From the NCBI GenBank assembly GCA_965223345.1, contig CBDCWG010000007.1:160001-224000 (forward strand): 64,000 bases of DNA. The letters are read 5' to 3'. The notes beneath the pieces are model-generated. The model was not told where the DNA came from, searched no databases, and saw only the letters and a program-made list of their open reading frames with translations. The translations under genes and the position numbers were made by a program. This DNA is from Nitrospinales bacterium (lineage in GTDB: Bacteria > Nitrospinota > Nitrospinia > Nitrospinales > VA-1). Below, one piece after another: positions 25,865 through 34,746 of the stretch (position 1 is its first letter; each line of letters starts with the position of its first letter).

Positions 25865-28264
25865 TCAGTCCTCGTCCTCGTCGTCGATTTCGGTGATGCG
25901 GGGCCCGGAAACGCAGCGCAGGCCGACGGTGAGGTGGCGCTCGGCGGGATCGAAGGAGTTTCTGAACTTGCACTTGGCGTGCACCAGGTAGTTGAGCCAG
26001 GATCCGCCGCGCACGATGCGCTGGGTGGTGTGGCGGGAGGCGTGCAGCTGCACGCACCATTCCCAGACGTTTCCGGCCATGTCGAAGCAGCCGTAGGGGG
26101 AGATGCCGGGTTCAAATTCCGTCACCGGGTTGGTGCGGCCGACCATGAAATCGCAGGTGTTCGCATATCCGCTCTGGTAGCCCATCGCCTCGCCCCAGGG
26201 GTAGTCGCGCCCGTCGGTGCCGCGGGCGGCTTTCTCCCACTCCTTCTCCACGGGCAGCCGCCGGCCCAGCCAGATGGCGAAAACCAGGGCCTCGTAATAA
26301 TTGATGCCGATCACCGGCTGGTCCGGGTCCTGGGAATAGCGGGCGTGATGCAGAGCGCGATTGGGATCGAACTGCCGGAACAGGGCGTTGGTGACCGGGT
26401 ATTTCATGATGGCGTATTCCCGCAGATGAATGTGGTCCTCGACGTCGGTTTCTTCCTGGTAGATGAATTTGCCTTCGGGAACGGTGACCATCTCCCCCCA
26501 CTCGCGCAGCACGCCCATCTGGACCTGCTTGGGGTCCTCAGACTCGCTGAGAAACCCCTTAAGCGCTTCGATGCCCTTGAGCGGCTCGAAATCCTGGGTG
26601 TCCACCAGGGCGCCGAGATCCACTTTGTGCAGGGCCAGGAGCAGCTCGATGACGGCATAGAGGATGCGGCTGTCGCGGTTTTCGCGTTTGAGCAGGTTTC
26701 CCAGCAGGGAGTTCAGATAATCGCGATCGATCGTGTCCGCCACTTCCTTGGTGGGGATGAGGCGGCAGCGGGCAAACTCGGGATGCGCTTCGCGGCACTG
26801 GTATTTGAGCAGGTGCCCGGTCAGAAGCTGCTTGGGGCGGGACAGGTCCTCCGCCTCTCCGAGGCAGCTGCCGGCGAGAAACACCGCCCCCTCCTGCAAC
26901 AGCACCTCGATCAGTTCGTCGCTCGGCACCCGGCCCACCAGAAACGGGATGACCGCCTGCCATTTTGCGTCGCGGCAGTGCTTCTGCACCAGAGCCTGCC
27001 ACTCGGTCTGCGCTGCCAGGTGCCGGGCCGCGAAAAACTCCTGAAAGCTGGGGTGGCGGTACTCCCAGCGCTCCGGGGTCTGCTGCAGCAGATCGTCCAG
27101 GCCCTCGGGAAGCGCACTGTTTTCCGGCTTCGGGTCGCCCCAGTGCTCGTAAAAGGTCTCTTTGGCGAAATCGGTCTCGACGCTTTTGAAGCGCTGGGCC
27201 TGGCCGTTTTCCATCAGCGCGAACGCCAGCCGCCCCAAACGGTTGAGGCGCTCCTCGACCCACTGCGGGTCGTCCTCGGGAGCCTGGGCGTCGAGCAGGC
27301 CGCGGAAATGGGTCTCGTACAGCTCGCCGCGGGTGTTGCAGCTCTCCAGCTGTTCCGCTTCGTCAGAGCGCCTGATCATGCGCAGCAGGATGGGGGCGTG
27401 CACGAATTCGGGCGCGAACGGCGCGGCTTTTTTGAGCAGGGCATCCTTGACCGCATCGCCCAGATAGGCTTTGCGCTGCTTGTCGTCGATGGCCTGAAAC
27501 TGGATCTGAAACGCCGCGTCCTCGCCGCGTTTCACGACGGCGTCGGTGGCCATGGGGCCGAACTCGAACGGCCGCGAAGCGCAGAGCACGAAATTGCTGC
27601 GCAGTACGTTGTCGTCCACGAACAGGTCGTAAAACACCTGAAACCGGTCCTCGGCCTCCAGGGTTTCGAGCCCGTCCAACAGGTAGATCATGCGGCTGGT
27701 GGTGCCGATGATTTCGATCGTGCGTTCGAGCACGTCCTCATCCAGTTCCAGCTCCGGGGATTCCTCTTTTTCCAGCAGCACCACGTCGAGGATTTCCTTG
27801 CGGCTGCGCGCGAAAAACTCGCCGAAACCGGTGCCGCGCGGCAACTCGCCCAGATGGTAATAGATCGGCAGCGCGTAGATCGGGTGCGGCGGCTTCGCAA
27901 GCAGGGTTTCCTGATAGAACTTGAGGAAGGTGGTCTTGCCCATGCCGGAGTCGGCCTGCAGGTGGATCTTCAGCCGGCTCTCCTGCAGCAGGTCCTCGTG
28001 GATGGCGCGCGGGGACGGGAACACCTGCTCCATGAGGCTTTGCCGGTGCAGGATGGGGTTGGTGTCGAGCAGCACGGGCTCGATGAAGTTCTTCGGCCCC
28101 CTGCCCTCTCCCAGCGCCTGATCGAGCCAGGCGGTGACCCGCTTGAGCTGGTGCTTGCGGTAGGTCTCGATCACCCAGTCGGGCGATTCCTCGGGCTTGG
28201 GCTGCGCGACGGGAGCGCGCTCCTCCTCGGGCTGCGGGACCGGCAAATCATTTGTTTCGCTCAT
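25865..28264 (-). CDS. NACHT-like P-loop NTPase fused to a C-terminal FGE-sulfatase (SUMF1/C-type-lectin-fold) domain
   Basis: Walker A 'ADSGMGKTT', Walker B 'IYLLDGLE' and winged helix 'YRHPSFQEFFAA'; FGE motifs 'KYPVTN', 'RRLPVEKEWEKAARG', 'DMAGNVWEW', 'RGGSW' and 'GLRC'. Confidence 0.88.
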   Translation of the reverse strand: MSETNDLPVPQPEEERAPVAQPKPEESPDWVIETYRKHQLKRVTAWLDQALGEGRGPKNFIEPVLLDTNPILHRQSLMEQVFPSPRAIHEDLLQESRLKIHLQADSGMGKTTFLKFYQETLLAKPPHPIYALPIYYHLGELPRGTGFGEFFARSRKEILDVVLLEKEESPELELDEDVLERTIEIIGTTSRMIYLLDGLETLEAEDRFQVFYDLFVDDNVLRSNFVLCASRPFEFGPMATDAVVKRGEDAAFQIQFQAIDDKQRKAYLGDAVKDALLKKAAPFAPEFVHAPILLRMIRRSDEAEQLESCNTRGELYETHFRGLLDAQAPEDDPQWVEERLNRLGRLAFALMENGQAQRFKSVETDFAKETFYEHWGDPKPENSALPEGLDDLLQQTPERWEYRHPSFQEFFAARHLAAQTEWQALVQKHCRDAKWQAVIPFLVGRVPSDELIEVLLQEGAVFLAGSCLGEAEDLSRPKQLLTGHLLKYQCREAHPEFARCRLIPTKEVADTIDRDYLNSLLGNLLKRENRDSRILYAVIELLLALHKVDLGALVDTQDFEPLKGIEALKGFLSESEDPKQVQMGVLREWGEMVTVPEGKFIYQEETDVEDHIHLREYAIMKYPVTNALFRQFDPNRALHHARYSQDPDQPVIGINYYEALVFAIWLGRRLPVEKEWEKAARGTDGRDYPWGEAMGYQSGYANTCDFMVGRTNPVTEFEPGISPYGCFDMAGNVWEWCVQLHASRHTTQRIVRGGSWLNYLVHAKCKFRNSFDPAERHLTVGLRCVSGPRITEIDDEDED

Positions 28265-28603
28265 GGAACGGGTTCTCTATAATTGTAGTGGGTGCCCTTT
28301 GACAGACGATTCCGCAGAACCATCCGGATGGGACCGCTTTCCCCTGCGCCGCGCTCACGCCCGGCCGCCGGCAGGGGCTCAACGTCAATGATTTTCAAGT
28401 TTTTCATTCTATCACACGGGCCCCGCCCGCAGGAAATGCGCCCCGCAGGAAGGGAAATGAGTCCTGCGGGAAGGCGACTGACTCCCCACGGATGAGAGCT
28501 GGTCTGGCTTGCGTCATGCGGAATGCCGAAAATATCAATTTTAGCCTGAACAGGCTATCAGTGCTCTAACGTCAAAGCCCGAACCGGAAAGTGACGAGAA
28601 CCG

Positions 28604-29245
28604 ATGTTCCCCCTGAGCGATGAGAACCCGACCCGCGGCCCGACACCCCTCACCTGGGGGTTGATGGGCGCGAACGTCTTCGTGTTCTTCTACATGTTCA
28701 CCTCGTCGATGGGGCCGGATTACATGTTCCTCAACTACGGGCTGGTGCCCTACCATCTCACGCATTTTCCGCAGACCGCCTACCCGACGGTGTTTTCCTC
28801 GATGTTCATCCACGGCGGTTTCTGGCACCTGGCCGGCAACATGCTCTACCTCTACATCTTCGGCAACAACATCGAGGACCGGCTGGGCACGTTCCGCTTC
28901 GCGCTGTTCTATCTGGTGTGCGGGGCCATCGCGGCGTTCGGGCACATCGCCACCGACATGAATTCCGAGATCCCGATGGTGGGCGCGAGCGGCGCGATCT
29001 CGGGAATCCTCGGCGCCTACCTGATCCTGTTCCCGCACGCCAGGGTCAAGACGCTCATCTTTCTCGGATTTTTCATCACCGTGGCCCGCATCCCGGCGGT
29101 CATCCTGCTGGGGCTGTGGATGCTGTTTCAGGTGGCCAACGGCTTGTCGGTTTCCGCCGAAGGGCCCGGCGTCGCCTGGTTCGCGCACATCGGCGGCTTC
29201 ATCGCCGGTATGGCGCTCATCCGCCCGTTTCTGGCGATGCGGTGA
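28604..29245 (+). CDS. Rhomboid-family intramembrane serine protease
   Basis: 'SMFIHGGFWHLAGNMLYL', 'GASGAISG' and 'AHIGGF'. Confidence 0.95.
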   Translation: MFPLSDENPTRGPTPLTWGLMGANVFVFFYMFTSSMGPDYMFLNYGLVPYHLTHFPQTAYPTVFSSMFIHGGFWHLAGNMLYLYIFGNNIEDRLGTFRFALFYLVCGAIAAFGHIATDMNSEIPMVGASGAISGILGAYLILFPHARVKTLIFLGFFITVARIPAVILLGLWMLFQVANGLSVSAEGPGVAWFAHIGGFIAGMALIRPFLAMR

Positions 29246-29257
29246 CATTATGACTGA

Positions 29258-29328
29258 GACAGGATGACAGGATAAAAGCGAAGGATGAAAAACGGGTCTC
29301 GCGCAAAGGCGCGAAGACGCAAAGAAAA
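29258..29328. repeat. Left arm of imperfect inverted repeat bounding the AT-rich cassette
   Basis: GACAGGATGACAGGATAAAAGCGAAGGATGAAAAACGGGTCTCGCGCAAAGGCGCGAAGACGCAAAGAAAA matches the reverse complement of 31489-31572. Confidence 0.75.
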
Positions 29329-29332
29329 AAGA

Positions 29333-30310
29333 ATGAACAAAAAACGCCACCACTACGTTCCGAAAGCCTACCTCAAGCATTTTTGCAGTGAAGAAGGCAA
29401 AATCCATATCTACCTGAAAGATGACCCTGGAAAAGTAATCTACCAATCTCCAGATAACACAGGGTTTCACAAGTACTACTATTCCCAACCTCTTCCTGAA
29501 GGTGGGAGGGATAATAATAAACTCGAAAATCACTTTTCTGAACTTGAAGCCAAGTGGCCTCCCATCATTGAGAAAATTCAAAAACGAGAGAATGTAAACG
29601 ACTACCTTGAAAATATTTTTCAATTCATAACACTACAACGTATTCGTGTACCAGCATGTAGAGATATGATTGAAAAGAGCTTGGCTGAAACTATGAAAAC
29701 CCATGTAAGGATGTTGGATGAATCAGGAAAACTACCCCCTAAGCCCCAAGGATTCGAAGATATTCTCGACCATGTAGAAGTCTCGATTGACCCTCATCAA
29801 TCAATACTTGCTATGGTAAAAATGATTGAAGGAATTGGGGAAAAGGTTTTGAATCACATTGGAATAAGAGCCGTTTTTAATATGACGGAAATCCCTTTTC
29901 TAACAAGTGATAATCCTGTGATTTGGTTCGATCCAGCTGTTCCGGAAGATGAAATGAAGCCTTACGTTCTCAAAATTGACGGACCTATCGTTTTATATTT
30001 CCCAATATCTCCGAACATTTTGATTTATGGCGATTCATTTATACGTGAACGATTTGGATACCATGGACTTGAATACAGTGAAGTTTGTGATCCAACCTGG
30101 GTGGAAATGGTTAACCAACAAATCTGTCGTTTCGCCTATAAGGCAGTTTATTCTCAAAAGACAGGCCAGGAAGACCTGATTAATAAATACAACGATGAAT
30201 CTCCAGTCTTGAGAACAGAAACCACACCTATCGAAAATGGAAACTTTTTATTTTCCCAAATGGTTTTTGGAAAACGTGGGAAAAAGCCAAAGTGGACGAA
30301 CGTAACTTAG
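29333..30310 (+). CDS. DUF4238-like protein
   Basis: 'HHYVPKAYLKHF' N-terminus, 'FLTSDNPV' and 'YFPISP' are hallmarks of DUF4238. AT-rich codon usage. The ORF-track start at 29285 lies inside the repeat; ATG 29333 is more likely. Confidence 0.8.
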   Translation: MNKKRHHYVPKAYLKHFCSEEGKIHIYLKDDPGKVIYQSPDNTGFHKYYYSQPLPEGGRDNNKLENHFSELEAKWPPIIEKIQKRENVNDYLENIFQFITLQRIRVPACRDMIEKSLAETMKTHVRMLDESGKLPPKPQGFEDILDHVEVSIDPHQSILAMVKMIEGIGEKVLNHIGIRAVFNMTEIPFLTSDNPVIWFDPAVPEDEMKPYVLKIDGPIVLYFPISPNILIYGDSFIRERFGYHGLEYSEVCDPTWVEMVNQQICRFAYKAVYSQKTGQEDLINKYNDESPVLRTETTPIENGNFLFSQMVFGKRGKKPKWTNVT

Positions 30311-30497
30311 CACTCGCAAAGAATGCAACTCAAATTCCCCTTCCTCTTCAACCATCCCCCGTACCCGGTCAAAAATTCCCGCGCTACAGGGAATGATTTT
30401 TCAATGGAATTGCCTCCCCCCATCGAAACACCCCCAATCTTCCCCTTTTAATTCAACAAGTTAAGCCTTAACCTGAAAGAAAAACCCGGATTGAAAC

Positions 30498-30878
30498 GTG
30501 AACCTAAGAAACGCATTTTCAGGTTTAGGAACCCGCATGAGTCCCCTGAGCTGGTGGCTGGATGGACGGAAATGGCGCGAGGACAACCTCTCGTCCTGGG
30601 AGGGCATGGGCATTCCCGGCGAGAACGGTTTGAATCCTTTTCAGGAGGAGTGCCTGGACCGGCTCCGCAGCGTTGTGGATGTCGCGGAATCCCGCGTTGA
30701 AGGCATCGAGGAAAAATACGTCACAGGACCGCTGGGAAAAGGCGACGTGCAGTTCTTCATCTATGAAGATGGTGCCGGCATCCACGGTGGCAAAACGGAC
30801 ATTCGTCTCGAACGCTGGGATTACCGCACCCTGAACGACCTCATCGAAGCCTTTGTCTCCAAAGCCAAAAAGTACTGA
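30498..30878 (+). CDS. Hypothetical protein
   Basis: Open 126-aa frame inside the cassette, 6 nt before the next ORF; start uncertain. Confidence 0.5.
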   Translation: MNLRNAFSGLGTRMSPLSWWLDGRKWREDNLSSWEGMGIPGENGLNPFQEECLDRLRSVVDVAESRVEGIEEKYVTGPLGKGDVQFFIYEDGAGIHGGKTDIRLERWDYRTLNDLIEAFVSKAKKY

Positions 30879-30884
30879 AACCCG

Positions 30885-31361
30885 ATGGAAGTGACAGCCA
30901 ACATCACGAAATGGGATTTGATCAAATCAGCATCCTATCTACAACCTCGCAGAAGAGAATACTTGTTACTTCCGTTTGCTTTTCTTGCTTTCATCTCAAT
31001 ATTAGAGTCTCCTAACTTCCAACAGGAATGGATACTACTCCTCACATTATGTATCGTTGGTACTATTATTTTTAATATATTAGTTTTGGGTCTATGGGCT
31101 CTGCGTATAAATATTCGTTGGCTTGGAAATTATAAATTTAATATCCACGAAAAGGGTTTCAGAGAAACATCCAAAAGTCAGGAGAGCATTTACCATTGGC
31201 CCTGGATTCATAATATGTATAAAACAGGGAGTCATATTATTGTTTGTATAACTGATTCTAAAATTTGCACGATTCCCCGCCGCGCCTTTCAAACAGATGC
31301 CGAGTTTGAAGAATTCTTCAACAAGGCGAATGACTATTGGAAGGAAGCACTCAATCAATGA
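30885..31361 (+). CDS. YcxB-like membrane protein
   Basis: Two TM helices, then 'YHWPWI..MYKT', 'IPRRAF' and 'EFEEF', typical of YcxB C-terminal domains. AT-rich. Confidence 0.65.
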   Translation: MEVTANITKWDLIKSASYLQPRRREYLLLPFAFLAFISILESPNFQQEWILLLTLCIVGTIIFNILVLGLWALRINIRWLGNYKFNIHEKGFRETSKSQESIYHWPWIHNMYKTGSHIIVCITDSKICTIPRRAFQTDAEFEEFFNKANDYWKEALNQ

Positions 31362-31378
31362 TTGAGTGCCTATTTTTT
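31347..31378 (+). terminator. Hairpin/terminator overlapping the YcxB-like stop codon
   Basis: GCACTCAATC-AAT-GATTGAGTGC followed by CTATTTTTT. Confidence 0.55.
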
Positions 31379-31381
31379 CCT

Positions 31382-31572
31382 GCCCCCTCACCCAAGCCAC
31401 TTCCAGAAATTATATGAGCGGGTGCCGAGCTTTGCTCGGCCCACCCTTTCGCTACAGAGGAAAAGGATATTAAGTTTTGCCTCTCCGGTTTTCTTTGCGC
31501 CTTCGCGGCGGCACCCTATGGGTGTTGCGCGGGGCCCGCTTTTATCTTTGGACTTTATCCTGCTATCCTGTC
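31382..31572. repeat. Family B element copy 2, fused to the right arm of the cassette inverted repeat
   Basis: 31382-31507 aligns with 6562-6700; 31489-31572 is the inverted counterpart of 29258-29328. Confidence 0.75.
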
Positions 31573-31606
31573 CGCATCAAAATCCTGACAGGCAGGTGAA
31601 ACGGGC

Positions 31607-31933
31607 ATGTGTGCGCATTTGGGAGAATGGCTGGGCAAGGGGCTGTTGCTGACGGCGGGGCTGTATTTCGCGGCGTTTCTCTACCTGCACTATGTTCTTA
31701 AAATCGAGCACAAGGATACGTCTGTGTCACTGGGCGGCGATGCGTTCTTCGGCTTCCTCTCTCCTTCCTACCTGTCCCGGCTGTTCCGTTTTATCATCAA
31801 CAAGCGGTATTTCGATCTGGACAGCGAGCGGTTGCACAAGCTGTGCGAGGGCATCCGTCATATTGCGCTGATTTTCTTTTTCGGCCTGATCGCCGGCTTC
31901 ATCTTTCTGCAAACCTGCGCAACGTTTTTATAG
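31607..31933 (+). CDS. Small membrane protein, hypothetical
   Basis: 108-aa ORF with two hydrophobic helices; start uncertain. Confidence 0.5.
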   Translation: MCAHLGEWLGKGLLLTAGLYFAAFLYLHYVLKIEHKDTSVSLGGDAFFGFLSPSYLSRLFRFIINKRYFDLDSERLHKLCEGIRHIALIFFFGLIAGFIFLQTCATFL

Positions 31934-31940
31934 CTTTCCC

Positions 31941-32567
31941 CTACCGGTTCACTTCATCGCCCTGAAAGTTTTTCTCCAGCCCGCCCCAGACGCGGAAGAT
32001 GTGCCCGGTCTGGCTGCCTTCGATGCTTTCCACATACGCGGCGGCGGTCTGCTGTGCGGTCACCAGCCCCTGGCCGAGTTCGGATTCGGGGACCACGGGT
32101 GCGGGGCTGACCACGTTGACGCGCAGGCCGCGCGGCAGTAGCGGTGCGGCGCTGCGCGCGAACGCATCCACCGCGGCGTTGAAGGTGCCGGTGGCGACGC
32201 TGGCCGGGTTGGGGAAGTGGCTCAGAAAACCGCTCGACAGGGTGAACGACGCGCCGTCGTTCGCCTTCGCGGTGCCGAGGCGCACCAGATTGATCTGCGC
32301 CATGAACTTTCTCTGGAATCCGTATTCGAAATCGGCGTCGGTCAATTGCTCGTAGGGTTTGAACAGGGTGTCCCGGCCCACGGCAACCGCCAGCGCGTCG
32401 AAGGGGCCGACCTCATCGAACAGGGCGCGCACCGATCCTGCGTCGGTGTAGTCCACCCGCACATCGCCGCTTCTCGCCCCGGCGCGCACGATTTCGTGCT
32501 TCGGCTCCAGCGCCTTCACGATTTCACCGCCGATGATTCCACTCGCTCCCAACACGATGACCTTCAC
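31941..32567 (-). CDS. Short-chain dehydrogenase/reductase (atypical short SDR)
   Basis: 'MKVIVLGASGIIG' Rossmann motif, 'FTLSSG' and 'GLRVNVVSP'; AGGAG RBS. Confidence 0.85.
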   Translation of the reverse strand: MKVIVLGASGIIGGEIVKALEPKHEIVRAGARSGDVRVDYTDAGSVRALFDEVGPFDALAVAVGRDTLFKPYEQLTDADFEYGFQRKFMAQINLVRLGTAKANDGASFTLSSGFLSHFPNPASVATGTFNAAVDAFARSAAPLLPRGLRVNVVSPAPVVPESELGQGLVTAQQTAAAYVESIEGSQTGHIFRVWGGLEKNFQGDEVNR

Positions 32568-32617
32568 GATTCGATCTCCTTTGTAACCACGATGAAATTT
32601 TTATAAAACCCGCTCGC

Positions 32618-32818
32618 TCACTCGGCGGTGAACATGGAAACGAGCAGCGCGACGATGAGGGTGACGAACAGGATCATCATCACCATGAACCAGGGGCCGG
32701 AGCTGCCGAAGGTGGGGTATTTGGGGATGTTGGGGTTGACGGGGGTCTCGCAGTGCGGGCAGACGCTGGCTTTGGCTTCGATTTCTTTGCCGCAGCTGCG
32801 GCAGGGATGGGTGCTCAT
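32618..32818 (-). CDS. Zinc-ribbon small membrane protein
   Basis: CRSC...CPHC followed by a single TM helix. Confidence 0.7.
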   Translation of the reverse strand: MSTHPCRSCGKEIEAKASVCPHCETPVNPNIPKYPTFGSSGPWFMVMMILFVTLIVALLVSMFTAE

Positions 32819-32826
32819 ATTCTACC

Positions 32827-34092
32827 TTAGGTTTTGGTTTGCAAAAGCCGCATTCGCAACAGATTGAGCGCCGCCTGGGCGGCGCGTTCCTTGTTGCGGC
32901 CGCGGTCCTGGTGGAAGCGGAATTTGCGGAATTCGGCTCCCTGTGCGTCGGCCACGGCGATGTAGGTCAGGCCGACGGGTTTGGTCTCGCTGCCGCCGTC
33001 GGGCCCGGCGATGCCGGTGACGGACAACCCGCAATCGGCGCCCGCGGCGGCGCGCACGCCCTGCGCCATGGCGAGGGCGGTCTCGGGACTCACCGCGCCT
33101 TTTTCGCGCAGGGTCGCTTCCTCCACACCCAGCCGTTTCATTTTAGCATCGTTGCTGTAGGTGACGGCGCCTTCGAGAAAATAACTCGAGCTTCCGGGGA
33201 TCTGGGTCAGACGGTGGCCGATCAGCCCGCCGGTGCAGGACTCGGCCACGGCGAGGGTCAGGTGCTTTTCGGTCAGCAGTTCGCCCACCCTGCCCTCCAG
33301 GGTCTCGGCATCGACGCCGAAGATGTGCTCGCCGATTTTTTCGCGTATGAGCTTCTCGGCCTGATCCAGCCGGTCGCAGGCGGCTTTGGGCGTGCTGTCG
33401 GCGGCGGACAGGCGGATGCGCACACCGAGATGCGATGGCAGCGACGCGACGGTGGCGAAGGTCTCGATGGGCGCGAGCGGCCCGATCCGGTTCCAAAGAT
33501 CCGATTCGGTGAGCCCGGTGGTGTTGAGGATGCGGTGGCCGATGGCGTGCCCGCTCACCTTGCAAAGATCGGGCGCGACATAGGTTTCGAACAGGTGCTG
33601 CATCTCCAGCGGAATCCCCGGCAGGGCGTAGACCGCCCGCCCTTCCCGCTCGAATTTGAACCCCGGCGCGGTGCCTTTTGCGTTGTACAGAATGCCGGCC
33701 TTTTCGGGCACCTGCGCCTGGCTTTTCACGTTTTCGGGAACCGCCTTGCCCCGGCCCTGAAAGATGCGCACCAGATTTTCAGACACTTTTTCATCCTCGC
33801 GCAAGCCGGACTCGAACAGCCCGGCCAGGACTTTTTTGGTGATGTCGTCGTGCGTCGAGCCCAGCCCGCCGGTGGTGATGACGATCGGCGCACGGTCCAG
33901 GGCGTCCTGCACGGCCCCGGTGATGACGGCGGGATCGTCGCCCACGGCGGTGACGCGCGCCACGACCACGCCTGCCTGCTGCAGGCGGCCGCACAGAAAG
34001 CGGGCATTGCCGTCGGCGATCAGGCCGCTGACGATCTCGTTGCCGATGGTGACGATTTCCGCCCTGGGGATGTCGGTCTGCTCTTCAAACAC
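32827..34092 (-). CDS. cinA: Competence/damage-inducible protein CinA (MoCF-like + NMN deamidase PncC)
   Basis: 'IVTIGNEI', 'TTGGLG.THDDIT', 'LPGIP.EM', 'AVAESCTGGLI' and 'SVTGIAGPDGG'. Confidence 0.93.
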   Translation of the reverse strand: MFEEQTDIPRAEIVTIGNEIVSGLIADGNARFLCGRLQQAGVVVARVTAVGDDPAVITGAVQDALDRAPIVITTGGLGSTHDDITKKVLAGLFESGLREDEKVSENLVRIFQGRGKAVPENVKSQAQVPEKAGILYNAKGTAPGFKFEREGRAVYALPGIPLEMQHLFETYVAPDLCKVSGHAIGHRILNTTGLTESDLWNRIGPLAPIETFATVASLPSHLGVRIRLSAADSTPKAACDRLDQAEKLIREKIGEHIFGVDAETLEGRVGELLTEKHLTLAVAESCTGGLIGHRLTQIPGSSSYFLEGAVTYSNDAKMKRLGVEEATLREKGAVSPETALAMAQGVRAAAGADCGLSVTGIAGPDGGSETKPVGLTYIAVADAQGAEFRKFRFHQDRGRNKERAAQAALNLLRMRLLQTKT

Positions 34093-34229
34093 GCTGCCTC
34101 CCGGCCTTGCTGGGCGCGCGCCTCCGCTTATCTCTTTGGCAAACGCGCGCTTTTACTTTACTATAAGGAAACTGCGGCCCCAGGTCCAGATCCCCCAGCA
34201 TGAAACCAACACGACGCCGGTCTTTCGTC

Positions 34230-34694
34230 ATGGATGAAACGCAAAAATTACTGGATGCGCTCAAGGACTCAGATCCCGAGGTCCGCTCGCAGGCCACGCA
34301 GGCGCTGTGGCGGATGTGGTTCGGACAAGCGGGGGCGGAAGCGGAAAGCACCCTGTTTCAGGGCACGCAGATGATGAACTCCCACCGGCTGGAAGAAGCG
34401 GAAGCGGTTTTCATGAACCTGATCCAGCGGCACCCCGATTTTCCGGAGGCCCACAACAAGCTTGCCACCGTTTTGTTTTTAAAAGGCGACTATACAGGAT
34501 CGGTGGTGGAATGCCAACGGACGCTGAAAATGAACCCGCACCACTTCGGCGCCTGGAACGGCATGGGACTGTGTCTGTACCAGCTCGCCCGCTACAACGA
34601 GGCGCTGAAAAGCTTCGAACGGGCCCTCACGATTCAACCCCACGCCCACATCAACCGCAAATACATCGCCCGCTGCCGCGGTCACCTCAACTAG
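34230..34694 (+). CDS. HEAT/TPR-repeat protein
   Basis: 'LKDSDPEVR..AT.ALW'; TPRs 'PDFPEAHNKLA' and 'NPHHFGAWNGMG'. Confidence 0.8.
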   Translation: MDETQKLLDALKDSDPEVRSQATQALWRMWFGQAGAEAESTLFQGTQMMNSHRLEEAEAVFMNLIQRHPDFPEAHNKLATVLFLKGDYTGSVVECQRTLKMNPHHFGAWNGMGLCLYQLARYNEALKSFERALTIQPHAHINRKYIARCRGHLN

Positions 34695-34746
34695 CGGCGA
34701 CGCCAACGCAAATTCCCCGTTTCCGCCTCGGCCCGAAACCGGGCCG

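Noticed and set aside
25865..26060. FGE-domain C-terminus as a DGR variable region
   Set aside because: No template repeat or reverse transcriptase is seen in this window; one elsewhere in the genome cannot be excluded.
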